From contig JBKQLZ010000006.1 in NCBI GenBank assembly GCA_052146895.1, positions 8,507 to 72,506 of the forward strand: 64,000 nt of DNA. The letters run 5' to 3'. A program made the translations under genes and the position numbers. Positions 1-8,680 of the stretch are shown here, in pieces. Within the stretch, counting starts at the first letter, position 1. The number at the start of each line of letters is the position of its first letter. The notes beneath the pieces were generated by a model. The model did not search any database and was not told where the DNA came from. It worked only from the letters and a program-made list of their open reading frames with translations. The stretch comes from Acidimicrobiales bacterium (GTDB lineage: Bacteria; Actinomycetota; Acidimicrobiia; Acidimicrobiales; Bog-793).

Positions 1-2
1 GA

Positions 3-830
3 GTGCTGATCGTGGAGGACGCTGAATCGTTCGTCGAGGCACTCGTGGTGAGCTTGGAGCGCGAGGGCTTTGAGATCTCAGTCGCGAGGGATGGGGTCGA
101 GGCGCTCGAGCGCTTCGACGCGGACGCCCCCGACCTGGTCCTGCTCGATGTCATGTTGCCGAGGATGTCCGGCATCGACGTCTGTCGCGCCATCAGGGCC
201 CGCTCCGAGGTGCCAATCATCATGGTGACGGCGAAGTCGACGGAGCTCGACACTGTGGTCGGTCTCGAAGTCGGTGCAGACGACTACGTCTCGAAGCCGT
301 ACAGGCTCCGCGAGCTGGTGTCACGCATGCGGGCCGTGCTGCGCCGTCACGTTGCTGCGCAGAACACGACCGGGTCGATGCCCGTGTTGCCACTCGGCCG
401 TCCGCCCCAGAATGCAGCGCAAAGTGCACCGGCGCCGAGCACGACCGAGGACCTCGGGCGAGAGATCGCGCCCGGCAGCGGGGTGATGCTCGACCGCCTC
501 CGCGCTCTCGTCGGACAGGACGAGGTCCTGAAGGCCGGCGACGTCACCCTCGACGTCGGGCGCCACGAGTGCATCGTCCGCGGAGAAGAGGTCAAGCTGC
601 CTCTGAAGGAGTTCGAGCTCCTCGAGATCCTCCTCGCGAACGCCGGGCGGGTCGTGACACGCGACACCCTGATCGATCGCGTGTGGGGCCTCGACTATGT
701 CGGCGACACGAAGACCCTCGACGTGCACATCAAGCGGCTCCGCTCGCGGATCGAGCTCGACCCCTCCAACCCAGTGCTCATCACTACCATCCGGGGTGTC
801 GGTTACCGCTTAGAGACACCTCGGCGCTGA
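3..830 (+). CDS. OmpR/PhoB-family response regulator (5' end truncated by window edge) with an unusually long inter-domain linker
   Basis: Receiver domain motifs (LIVEDAESF, DLVLLDVMLPRMSG, VTAKS, DDYVSKPY). C-terminal winged helix (LPLKEFELLEILL, TLDVHIKRLRSRIE, IRGVGYRL). ORF is open to the window start. Confidence 0.9.
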   Translation: MLIVEDAESFVEALVVSLEREGFEISVARDGVEALERFDADAPDLVLLDVMLPRMSGIDVCRAIRARSEVPIIMVTAKSTELDTVVGLEVGADDYVSKPYRLRELVSRMRAVLRRHVAAQNTTGSMPVLPLGRPPQNAAQSAPAPSTTEDLGREIAPGSGVMLDRLRALVGQDEVLKAGDVTLDVGRHECIVRGEEVKLPLKEFELLEILLANAGRVVTRDTLIDRVWGLDYVGDTKTLDVHIKRLRSRIELDPSNPVLITTIRGVGYRLETPRR

Positions 831-851
831 CGCCGACACTCTCGAACAGAG

Positions 852-1757
852 ATGCCCGCGATCGAAGTCGATGACCTGCGCGTCCGCTACGGAGACCGCA
901 CTGCCGTCGACGGCATCAGCTTCGCGGTGGAGCCCGGCGAGGTCCTGGCCCTCCTCGGGCCTAACGGCGCCGGCAAGACGACCACCGTCGAGACGCTCGA
1001 GGGCTACCGGTCCCCCACCTCGGGTTCGGTCCGGGTGCTCGGGTGCGACCCGATACTCGAGCACCGGCAGCTCGTCTCGAGCATCGGGGTCGTTCTCCAG
1101 CGCGGCGGCGTCTACCCGGTCATGTCGCCGCACCGGGTTCTGAAGCTCTTCGCCTCCTACTACGAGGATCCGCGTAGTGCCACCGAGCTGCTGGACCTTC
1201 TCGGTCTGGACGAGGTCGCTGCGACGCCGTTCAAGCGCCTTTCCGGTGGCGAGCAACAGCGCCTGGCGCTCGCGCTCGCGCTCGTCGGGCGACCCCGCGT
1301 CTGCTTCCTCGACGAGCCGACCGCGGGAGTCGACCCCGCCGGCCGCATCGCGGTCCGCGACGTGATCGCGTCGATCCGAGGCGAGGGGGTCGCAGTACTC
1401 CTCACGAGTCACGAGCTCGACGAGGTCGAGCGCCTCGCCGATCGTGTCGTGATCATCGACCACGGGCATGTGCTCGCGGCTGGCGCTCCGGGGGAGGTGG
1501 GTGGGGGAGAGGAAGAGGTCCGTTTCTCCGTGGAAGGTGAGGTCGACGTCGCCAAGCTTGGCGCCGCCCTTGCCATGGAAGTGATCTCAGAAGGCCGTGG
1601 CCTCTACCGGTTGAGCGGGTCGCCCACCCCCGCTCTCGTTGCGCAGCTGACGGCGTTCCTCGCAGAGCGTGACCTCGCGCTCGGCGATCTCCGCATCGGC
1701 CGGGAGCGGTTGGAAGACGTCTTCTTGCGATTGATCAAGTCGGAGCCGGAGAAGTGA
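852..1757 (+). CDS. ABC transporter ATP-binding protein (ABC-2/DrrA-like exporter)
   Basis: Walker A GPNGAGKTTT, signature LSGGEQQRL, Walker B CFLDEPTAG, H-loop TSHE. 4-nt overlap with the downstream permease. Confidence 0.9.
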   Translation: MPAIEVDDLRVRYGDRTAVDGISFAVEPGEVLALLGPNGAGKTTTVETLEGYRSPTSGSVRVLGCDPILEHRQLVSSIGVVLQRGGVYPVMSPHRVLKLFASYYEDPRSATELLDLLGLDEVAATPFKRLSGGEQQRLALALALVGRPRVCFLDEPTAGVDPAGRIAVRDVIASIRGEGVAVLLTSHELDEVERLADRVVIIDHGHVLAAGAPGEVGGGEEEVRFSVEGEVDVAKLGAALAMEVISEGRGLYRLSGSPTPALVAQLTAFLAERDLALGDLRIGRERLEDVFLRLIKSEPEK

Positions 1758-2473
1758 GGGCGCTTCGTGCCCAGGTAGGGGCGGAGGTGCGGATGACGCT
1801 CGAGCGCGGCGAGACGCTGCTTGTCACCGTCGGGATCCCGGCTTTTCTGCTCGTGTTCTTCTCGCTCGTCCACGTGCTGCCGATCGGGACAAAGCATCCC
1901 GTCGACTTCCTCGCACCCGGGGTCCTCGGGTTGGCGGTCATGTCGACGGCGATGGTGTCGCTCGGGATCGCGACCGGTTTTGAGCGGAGCTACGGCGTGC
2001 TGAAGCGTCTCGGCTCCACCCCGCTCGGGCGGCAACGGCTGCTCCTCGCCAAAATCGCTGCCGTGCTCGTGGTCGAGGTCCTGCAGGTCATCGTGCTGGG
2101 CGCGATCGCTCTCGCCCTCGGCTGGCGCCCGCATGCTGCAGCAGGCTTCGCAGTTCTAGCCGAGCTACTCGCGACTTTCGGCTTCGCGGGCATCGGCCTC
2201 GCGATGGCTGGCGCGCTGAGAGCCGAGATCAACCTTGCTCTCGCCAATGCGACCTACATCATCCTGTTGCTCATCGGAGGGATCGTGTTCCCCCTCGACA
2301 AGCTGGGCGGGTTCGCCGCTTTCGCACGCCTCCTACCGACAGCCGCCCTGTCGGACGCCCTTCACCCGTCGCTCGGCCAAGGCGTCGCTCCTGGAGCCGA
2401 GGCATGGATCGTGCTCGCCGGATGGGCGATCGTCGCTCCGATCGTCGCGGCGTTTTCCTTCAGCTGGGAGTGA
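1754..2473 (+). CDS. ABC-2 type transporter permease
   Basis: About 6 predicted hydrophobic helices. Start codon overlaps the stop of the ATPase (GTGA). From memory, an ABC-2 pair next to ctaA/ctaB is also found in mycobacteria. Confidence 0.8.
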   Translation: MRALRAQVGAEVRMTLERGETLLVTVGIPAFLLVFFSLVHVLPIGTKHPVDFLAPGVLGLAVMSTAMVSLGIATGFERSYGVLKRLGSTPLGRQRLLLAKIAAVLVVEVLQVIVLGAIALALGWRPHAAAGFAVLAELLATFGFAGIGLAMAGALRAEINLALANATYIILLLIGGIVFPLDKLGGFAAFARLLPTAALSDALHPSLGQGVAPGAEAWIVLAGWAIVAPIVAAFSFSWE

Positions 2474-2488
2474 AGCGAGGCACTCGCG

Positions 2489-3478
2489 TCAGTGGTAACG
2501 GACGACGATGTCGATCGCCATGGCAGCGAAGATCGCCGTCACGTACGTGATCGAGTAGCCGAAGAGGCGCATGGCCGCCTTCGGGCTGCCGCCATCTGCC
2601 TTCAACCTGAAGGCGTCCACTAGGTAAAGAGCGCCGGCGGCGACGGCCACGCCCCAGTAGATCCAGCCCATGTGTGCGACGACGCCGAACAAGAACGACG
2701 TCGCGATTAGGGCCACCGAGTAGGCGATGATCTGGCGGGCAACCTTGTCGAATGACTCGACGACTGGGAGCATCGGGACCTCGGCCCGCTCGTAGTCCTC
2801 GCGGTACTTCACGGCGAGCGCCCAGAAGTGTGACGGCGTCCAGATCACGATGAGTGCGAAGAGGACGATCGCGGGCCACGCGAGATGATCGGTGACCGCA
2901 GTCCATCCCACGAGGACAGGAACGGCGCCGGCTGCGCCACCGATGACGATGTTCTGCTTCGAGCGCCGCTTCAGCCCGAGCGAGTAGACGAAGACATAGA
3001 AGAGCGCTGCCGAAAGGGCGAGGAAACCGGAGTAGAGGTTGACGAATGCGGCGAATGTCGCGAACGCCAGCACCTGGAGGGCGATGGCGAACACGAGGGC
3101 TTCGGTCGGTCCGACGATACCGGTGACAAGGGGCCGGTGACTTGTCCGCTTCATCACGGCGTCGATGTCGCGGTCGATGTACATGTTGACAGCGTTGGCG
3201 CCACCGGCAGAGAGGGTCCCGCCCACAAGAGTGGCGAGGATCAGCCAGCCCGACGGGATGCCTCGGCGGGCGACGAACATCGTGGGCACGGTCGTGACCA
3301 GCAGCAGTTCGATGATCCGAGGCTTCGTGAGCGCGATGAAGCCGCGCAGGCGTTCCACCTTCGCGGTTGATGCGGTGCGTGTGTCGGCGCGCGCCGTCAC
3401 TGGAGTGATCTGAGCCACTGAATCGCCAGTGTAGGACGGGAGGCGGTCCGGCGCCCAGTAAGGCAGCTTTCGCCCCAT
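2489..3478 (-). CDS. ctaB: Protoheme IX farnesyltransferase (heme O synthase)
   Basis: UbiA-family motifs: ALTKPRIIELLLVTT, NMYIDRDIDAVMKRT, polytopic membrane protein. Exact start uncertain. Confidence 0.9.
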   Translation of the reverse strand: MGRKLPYWAPDRLPSYTGDSVAQITPVTARADTRTASTAKVERLRGFIALTKPRIIELLLVTTVPTMFVARRGIPSGWLILATLVGGTLSAGGANAVNMYIDRDIDAVMKRTSHRPLVTGIVGPTEALVFAIALQVLAFATFAAFVNLYSGFLALSAALFYVFVYSLGLKRRSKQNIVIGGAAGAVPVLVGWTAVTDHLAWPAIVLFALIVIWTPSHFWALAVKYREDYERAEVPMLPVVESFDKVARQIIAYSVALIATSFLFGVVAHMGWIYWGVAVAAGALYLVDAFRLKADGGSPKAAMRLFGYSITYVTAIFAAMAIDIVVRYH

Positions 3479-3538
3479 CTCGCAGTCCGGGTCTTCCCAT
3501 CTCGCAGTCCGGGCGGCTCCGCTCTACCATCGTCAGAA

Positions 3539-4528
3539 ATGCGAGACCTACGTCGATTCTCCCTATCGCCAGAGACGGTGCGGAAGGTCGCGCTTAGCGT
3601 GGTGATCGCGTACGCCCTCCTCGTCGTTACGGGCGGCGCTGTCCGCTTGACCGGCTCAGGTCTCGGTTGCCCCGACTGGCCCTCGTGCTACCAGCATCGG
3701 CTGGTCGCAGCGCTCTCGTTCCACCCGTTGGTCGAGGACATCAATCGTTTCGCCACGATCGCCGTGAGTGTGTTGTCCATCGCCGCGTGCGTGATCGCGT
3801 TCCTGCGGTCTCCTCGCCGGAAGGACATCTCAATCCCGGCAATCGGGATCCTGGTAGGTCTCGTGGCACAGATCGTCCTCGGAGGCCTCGTCGTCCTGAC
3901 CAAGCTCAACCCTTACCTCGTCGCTCTCCACTTCCTCCTCACGCTTGCGGTTCTCGGCGTCGCGATCGCGTTCTACCACCGCGCTGGTGTCGCCGACAGC
4001 GCCGCTTCCTCGGCACCTGTACCGCTCGTCGCCTCGGATCTCCGTTGGCTCGTGCTCGTGATGATCGGATCGCTCGCCGTCATGACGACCCTCGGCACGC
4101 TCGTGACGGGCTCGGGGCCTCATGCCGGCGGGCCGGGGGCGCGACGGATCCCGATTGCGTTCCACTCGATCGCAGAAGTGCACAGCTCGATCGGCTGGCT
4201 CATCCTCGGACTAGCCGGCGCCAGCGTGTTCGCGTTCCACCACGCACAGGCACCCGAGCGGGTCCAGCGCCTGGTTCGCGGTTACTTCGAGCTCGTGGTC
4301 GTCCAGGGTGCCCTCGGATACACCCAGTACTTCCTGCACGACTCGCCGGCGGTAGTCGAATTTCACCTGGCAGGGGTAGCGGCGCTGTGGATCACGGCGA
4401 TCGGCTTGTACCTCAGCTTGCACGAGCATCCGGTGAACGTCGATGCTGCGCCTAGCTCCGGCACCGAGCCGCAGCAGGAGCCGCTGCTGACACCTGCGCC
4501 TGCGCCGGCGCCTGCGCCGGTTGGATAA
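3539..4528 (+). CDS. ctaA: Heme A synthase (COX15/CtaA family)
   Basis: [12 protein letters not shown] cysteine-pair motif, multiple TM helices with conserved His (HPLVED, ALHFLL, HSSIGW, EFHLAG). Divergent from ctaB. Confidence 0.8.
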   Translation: MRDLRRFSLSPETVRKVALSVVIAYALLVVTGGAVRLTGSGLGCPDWPSCYQHRLVAALSFHPLVEDINRFATIAVSVLSIAACVIAFLRSPRRKDISIPAIGILVGLVAQIVLGGLVVLTKLNPYLVALHFLLTLAVLGVAIAFYHRAGVADSAASSAPVPLVASDLRWLVLVMIGSLAVMTTLGTLVTGSGPHAGGPGARRIPIAFHSIAEVHSSIGWLILGLAGASVFAFHHAQAPERVQRLVRGYFELVVVQGALGYTQYFLHDSPAVVEFHLAGVAALWITAIGLYLSLHEHPVNVDAAPSSGTEPQQEPLLTPAPAPAPAPVG

Positions 4529-4835
4529 GCAGGTGACCATCTTCGCCTCAACAGCTCCATCCGCGGTCCAGCGCCCGGAGACCGAGGAGTCCCTCCGCAC
4601 CGAGATGCCGTGGTTGGTGATCGTGTGGAACGATCCGATCAACCTGATGAGCTACGTGACCTTCGTCTTGCAGAAGCTCTTCGGCTACTCCCGGGAGAAA
4701 GCTCACCGGCTCATGATGGACGTGCACACGAAGGGCCGAGCCGTCGTCTCGAGCGGAGCGCGTGAGCGAGCCGAACTCGACGTTTCCAGGCTCCACCAGC
4801 ACGGGCTCTGGGCGACGATGGAGCAGAGCGGGTGA
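4521..4835 (+). CDS. clpS: ATP-dependent Clp protease adaptor ClpS
   Basis: Core [46 protein letters not shown] is a typical ClpS fold sequence. Start codon (TTG 4521 or GTG 4533) uncertain. Confidence 0.88.
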   Translation: MDKQVTIFASTAPSAVQRPETEESLRTEMPWLVIVWNDPINLMSYVTFVLQKLFGYSREKAHRLMMDVHTKGRAVVSSGARERAELDVSRLHQHGLWATMEQSG

Positions 4836-4839
4836 CCAG

Positions 4840-5436
4840 GTGATCCGGCGCCGGATCAAGCCGTTGCGTCGCGGGCAGGGCTGTCAGCTCAACTTGCCGC
4901 CGGAGGAACGGGAGCTGCTCAAGATCCTGCCAGTGGAGCTTGTAACGCTCATCAAAGGGCTAGATCCCGGCGCGACACCGCCTGAGAGCATAAGGCGGCT
5001 GTTCCCGCGTGCGTACGTCTCTGACGACGACGCCGAGCAGGCGTTCGCGGCCTCCACGCGTGCCGAGCTCTCGGAGCGGCACCAGCAGGCGCTGGCGACG
5101 CTCGCCGATACGGCTCACGCCACCGCGCTCGACGAGGAGCAGATGGCAGGTTGGATGACCGCACTGAACGACCTGCGCCTCTTCCTCGGTACCGTCCTCG
5201 GGGTCACCGACGACGAAGCGTGGGTCCCGAGTGGGCCACCCGACTCCGAAGTCGTGATCTACCACTACCTGACGATGCTGCAAGCGGAGCTGATCGACGT
5301 GATGGAGCAGTGGCTACCCGAACCCGTGCCAGGGGCAGACGATCTCGCTCCGGATGATCCCTGGGGCGAACCGCTGGGAGGCCTTCGCTGGGACGGCACC
5401 CCCCAGCCGGAGTGGCCGCCGCGCCCCGATCTGTGA
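4840..5436 (+). CDS. DUF2017-like protein (conserved ClpS neighbour in Actinobacteria)
   Basis: Acidic protein immediately after clpS. GTG at 4840 avoids the 74-nt overlap implied by the longest ORF (4762). Family assignment rests on synteny and recollection, not on a motif. Confidence 0.6.
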   Translation: MIRRRIKPLRRGQGCQLNLPPEERELLKILPVELVTLIKGLDPGATPPESIRRLFPRAYVSDDDAEQAFAASTRAELSERHQQALATLADTAHATALDEEQMAGWMTALNDLRLFLGTVLGVTDDEAWVPSGPPDSEVVIYHYLTMLQAELIDVMEQWLPEPVPGADDLAPDDPWGEPLGGLRWDGTPQPEWPPRPDL

Positions 5437-6854
5437 GCGGACCGATGGGCGAACCAGCTGGGTTGCCGCGGATTCTCACGATCATGGGATCGGGCGAGAC
5501 CGCCCCGACAATGGTGAAGGTTCACCGATCAGTGCTCGAGCGTCTCGGCCCACCGCCTGTGCCAGCCGTGCTCCTCGACACCCCGTTCGGGTTCCAGGAG
5601 AACGCCACCGAGCTCGCGCAGCGCGTCGTCAGCTACTTCGCCGAGAGCCTGAGAACGACGATAGAGGTGGCAAGCACCGCCGCTGCAGGTCTCGAGGGTG
5701 GTGCTAGGCCGATCGAGACGGGGGACGACCCGTTCGCGAGCGAGCGTGTCGTGACGAAGGTGCGCGACGCCCGGTACGTCTTCGCCGGACCCGGCTCACC
5801 GAGCTACGCGTTGCGCAAGTGGAAGGGGACGGTCGTGCCCTCGCTCCTCAAGGAGGCGCTGCGGCACGGGGGAGCGGTCACCTTCTCATCGGCAGCGGCG
5901 CTCACGCTCGGGATCAGTACCGTGCCGGTGTACGAGGTTTACAAGGTGGGCGAGGACCCCTTCTGGCTCGAGGGCCTCGATGTGCTGGGTGTCACCGGGC
6001 TCACTGCTGCCGTCATCCCCCACTACAACAATGCGGAGGGTGGGACGCACGACACGCGTTTCTGCTACCTGGGCGAGCGGCGCCTGGCGATGCTCGAGCC
6101 GGAGTTGCCCGAAGGAGCATTCGTGCTCGGGGTCGACGAGCACACTGCGATCGTTCTCGACCTTGACGAGCGCGTCGGGACGATCGCCGGCAACGGGGTC
6201 GTGACGGTTCGAGCTGCTGGTCGGTCGCGCACCTGGGCGACCGGCGAGACCGTGAGCTTCGACGAGCTGGCCTCCGCGGCCGCCGACCTGGCGCGCGGCG
6301 GTGGTAGTGCGGTCACGGCGGCCGGGGATGGGGGTGCGGACGGAGGCGGAGTGGCCGGCGCCGGATCTTCGTCTGACTCCCTCGATGGCGAGCCCGACGC
6401 TGCCCTGGCAGGCGGTGGCGGCAAACCGGGTGAGGACTACCAGGGTTCCCCGCTGCTCGGCGTCGTCCGAGAAAAGGAAGCCGGCTTCTCCGAGGCACTC
6501 GCGGCGCGCGACATGGCAGCGGCGGTGCAGGCGGTGCTGGAGCTCGAGGCCGATCTCACGGCGTGGTCACACGACATCCCGGCGGGCGACGCGCTCGACC
6601 GCGCGCATGCGAGCCTGCGATCGCTGATCGTGGCACTCGGACGAGCCGGAGAGGGCGGCATCCGTGACCCGCGCGAGGTTCTCGGTCCATTCGTCGAAGC
6701 GATGCTGGAGATGCGGCGTAAGGCGCGAGCTGATCGGCGTTTCGACGACGCCGACTCGATCCGCGGCCGTCTGAGCGAGCTGGGGGTAGAGGTGCGGGAC
6801 ACGGCCGAGGGGAGCGAGTGGCTGTTACTTGCGGACTCGTCGAGCTCGTCCTAG
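5433..6854 (+). CDS. Fusion protein: N-terminal S51/class-I-amidotransferase-like hydrolase domain, Gly/Ala-rich linker, C-terminal CysRS-like (DALR-2 plus C-terminal) region
   Basis: N-terminus RILTIMGSGETAP, YVFAGPGSPSY, VTFSSAAALTLG, IPHYNN resembles the peptidase E/cyanophycinase fold. The C-terminal MRRKARADRRFDDADSIRGRLSELGVEVRDTAEGSEWLL matches the conserved tail of cysteinyl-tRNA synthetases. GTG 5433 overlaps the upstream stop (GTGA). Confidence 0.7.
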   Translation: MSGPMGEPAGLPRILTIMGSGETAPTMVKVHRSVLERLGPPPVPAVLLDTPFGFQENATELAQRVVSYFAESLRTTIEVASTAAAGLEGGARPIETGDDPFASERVVTKVRDARYVFAGPGSPSYALRKWKGTVVPSLLKEALRHGGAVTFSSAAALTLGISTVPVYEVYKVGEDPFWLEGLDVLGVTGLTAAVIPHYNNAEGGTHDTRFCYLGERRLAMLEPELPEGAFVLGVDEHTAIVLDLDERVGTIAGNGVVTVRAAGRSRTWATGETVSFDELASAAADLARGGGSAVTAAGDGGADGGGVAGAGSSSDSLDGEPDAALAGGGGKPGEDYQGSPLLGVVREKEAGFSEALAARDMAAAVQAVLELEADLTAWSHDIPAGDALDRAHASLRSLIVALGRAGEGGIRDPREVLGPFVEAMLEMRRKARADRRFDDADSIRGRLSELGVEVRDTAEGSEWLLLADSSSSS

Positions 6855-6924
6855 GCAGGCGTCCGGACGCGGGACCGCTGGTTCCGGATCGACCTTTTGG
6901 CGCTGGTAGCCTCGATCGGCTCTG

Positions 6925-6997
6925 GCCCCCATCGTCTAGCGGCCTAGGACGCTGCCCTTTCAAGGCGGTAACACGGGTTCGAATCCCGTTGGGGGTG
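6925..6997 (+). tRNA. tRNA-Glu (anticodon TTC)
   Basis: Cloverleaf folded by hand: acceptor GCCCCCA/TGGGGGT, anticodon loop CTTTCAA, T-arm ACGGG-TTCGAAT-CCCGT. CCA is not encoded. Confidence 0.9.
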
Positions 6998-7018
6998 CTC
7001 ACCGTTGGGGGTGCTCAC
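6986..7018. repeat. Perfect tandem duplication (2 x 16 bp, ccgttgggggtgctca) of the tRNA-Glu 3' end
   Basis: 6986-7001 and 7002-7017 are identical. The first copy is the T-stem/acceptor 3' half of tRNA-Glu. Confidence 0.9.
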
Positions 7019-7071
7019 TGTCTTCCCTGATAGAGACGTTGTACCTCTTCGCTGATACTCAGCGTCTGCTG

Positions 7072-7320
7072 TCAGCTGACCTTTGCCTCGGAGACAACCC
7101 ACGAGACGCTGCGGCCAACCGCGGCGGCGTAACGGGCGAGCGTAGACAGCCGTACGTCGCGATCACCTTGTTCGATGCGAGCGACCACCGACTGAGAAGA
7201 ACCCATTCGCGCCGCCACGACCGTCTGGGACAGACCCTGAGTGCACGGAGTCGTCGAGCGTCCGCCGGCGACCAACTCCAGACAAGTAGGCCAGGAAAGC
7301 GCCGCGTCGCTGCCATCCAC
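7072..7320 (-). CDS. XRE-family helix-turn-helix transcriptional regulator (small)
   Basis: HTH segment GLSQTVVAARMGSSQSVVARIEQGDRDVRLSTLARYAAAVG. The N-terminal part of the 172-aa ORF is Arg-rich filler, so GTG at 7320 was taken as the start (uncertain). Confidence 0.6.
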   Translation of the reverse strand: MDGSDAALSWPTCLELVAGGRSTTPCTQGLSQTVVAARMGSSQSVVARIEQGDRDVRLSTLARYAAAVGRSVSWVVSEAKVS

Positions 7321-7447
7321 CCCAAGCGAAAAGGTCTTTCGACCCTGTAAGCTGCCAGGCTGCCCCTTTACGCTTCGGTTACGAACGGCGCGAGCAGTCC
7401 CTGCCACACAGGGATAGCCGGGTGGTCGAACGAGAGAGGAGCGGCGC

Positions 7448-8680
7448 GTGGCGCCTGAGGAAGCCGAGTCTCGTAGAGGCGAACGGCGAACCAGATGGGA
7501 GCAGTTTCTGTTCAGCTGGTTCGCCCTGCCCGGATCACTCCTCGCCGCCCTCCTTCTTGGCGCCCTCATGATGGTGCTGCTTAACGCCAACCCCCTGACC
7601 GGATATCACGCCCTGTTCGACGGCGCCTTCGTTGGGAACTACGCCCTGGGTGCCTCGGCGGTGAGGGCGGCTCCCCTCCTGCTCGTCGCCGTCGGAATCT
7701 GCATCTCGTTTCGTGCCAACCTGTTCAACATCGGCGGCGAGGGTCAGCTGGCGATGGGCGGCCTCGCCAGCGCGGCCACGGCACTGACGCTCCCCAACCT
7801 GCCGAGCATCGTGCTCATCCCTCTCGTGCTCCTCGCCGGCGCGGCCGCCGGTGCTATCTGGGGCGCCATTCCCGGCGCCTTCAAGGCCTATTACAACGTC
7901 AACGAGATCTTGAGCACGATCATGCTCAACCTCGTCGCCGTCCAGGTCATGAACTACCTCCTGGCGGGTCCCATGGTGGACACTACCCAGAACTCCACCT
8001 ACGGCCTCATCCCAGAAACGAGGCTCCTACCGCACAACTCGTGGTTGCCCATCCTCATCCGCGGAACCCAACTCCACCTCGGTGTCGCCATTGCCATCGT
8101 GATGGCGCTCGCCGCCTACGTGCTGCTCTGGCACACGAGCCTTGGCTTCAGGCTGCGCGCCGTCGGCTTGTCCCGTGAGGCGGCCACCTATGCCGGTATC
8201 AAGGTGCGGCGCACGCAAGTTCTGGCCATGACGCTCAGTGGGGCAATGTGCGGCCTCGGCGGTGCCCTGCTCGTCTTCGGAAGCATCTCGCACCGGATGG
8301 TGACCGACGGGAGCCTGACCGGCTTCACCGGATCTGACGGGTTCAACGGCATCGTCGTAGCGCTCTTCGGCGGGTTGAGCCCGCTCTGGAGCGTCCTCTC
8401 GGCCTTCCTCTTCGGCGGGTTGCTCACCGGCGGCGACGCCCTGCAAGTGGCAACGGGCGTACCGGCCGACATGGTGACCACCCTCGAGGGACTCGTGGTG
8501 ATCTTCGTCGTATCGCTCGAGTACGGGCGCCGACGCGCCCGAGTCGGCGCGCTGATCCCACGGACCACCAAGGCGACCGGTTCGCCACCGGGGGACGAGG
8601 CCGAGCGCAGCCTTGTCGCCGCCGGACACGTCGCCGGACGCGCTCCGAGCGACGCCGGGCAGACAGGGGGTGAGTCGTGA
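7448..8680 (+). CDS. ABC transporter permease (BMP/nucleoside-sugar type, YufP-like) with C-terminal cytoplasmic extension
   Basis: Polytopic membrane protein of the RbsC/BPD_transp_2 type (NIGGEGQ, multiple TM). First gene of a permease-permease-SBP-ATPase operon. Confidence 0.85.
   Translation: MAPEEAESRRGERRTRWEQFLFSWFALPGSLLAALLLGALMMVLLNANPLTGYHALFDGAFVGNYALGASAVRAAPLLLVAVGICISFRANLFNIGGEGQLAMGGLASAATALTLPNLPSIVLIPLVLLAGAAAGAIWGAIPGAFKAYYNVNEILSTIMLNLVAVQVMNYLLAGPMVDTTQNSTYGLIPETRLLPHNSWLPILIRGTQLHLGVAIAIVMALAAYVLLWHTSLGFRLRAVGLSREAATYAGIKVRRTQVLAMTLSGAMCGLGGALLVFGSISHRMVTDGSLTGFTGSDGFNGIVVALFGGLSPLWSVLSAFLFGGLLTGGDALQVATGVPADMVTTLEGLVVIFVVSLEYGRRRARVGALIPRTTKATGSPPGDEAERSLVAAGHVAGRAPSDAGQTGGES

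Noticed and set aside
2460-3530. 356-aa ORF on the minus strand
   Set aside because: It is an alternate frame of ctaB. The chosen frame carries the UbiA-family motifs; this one is Arg/His/Pro filler.
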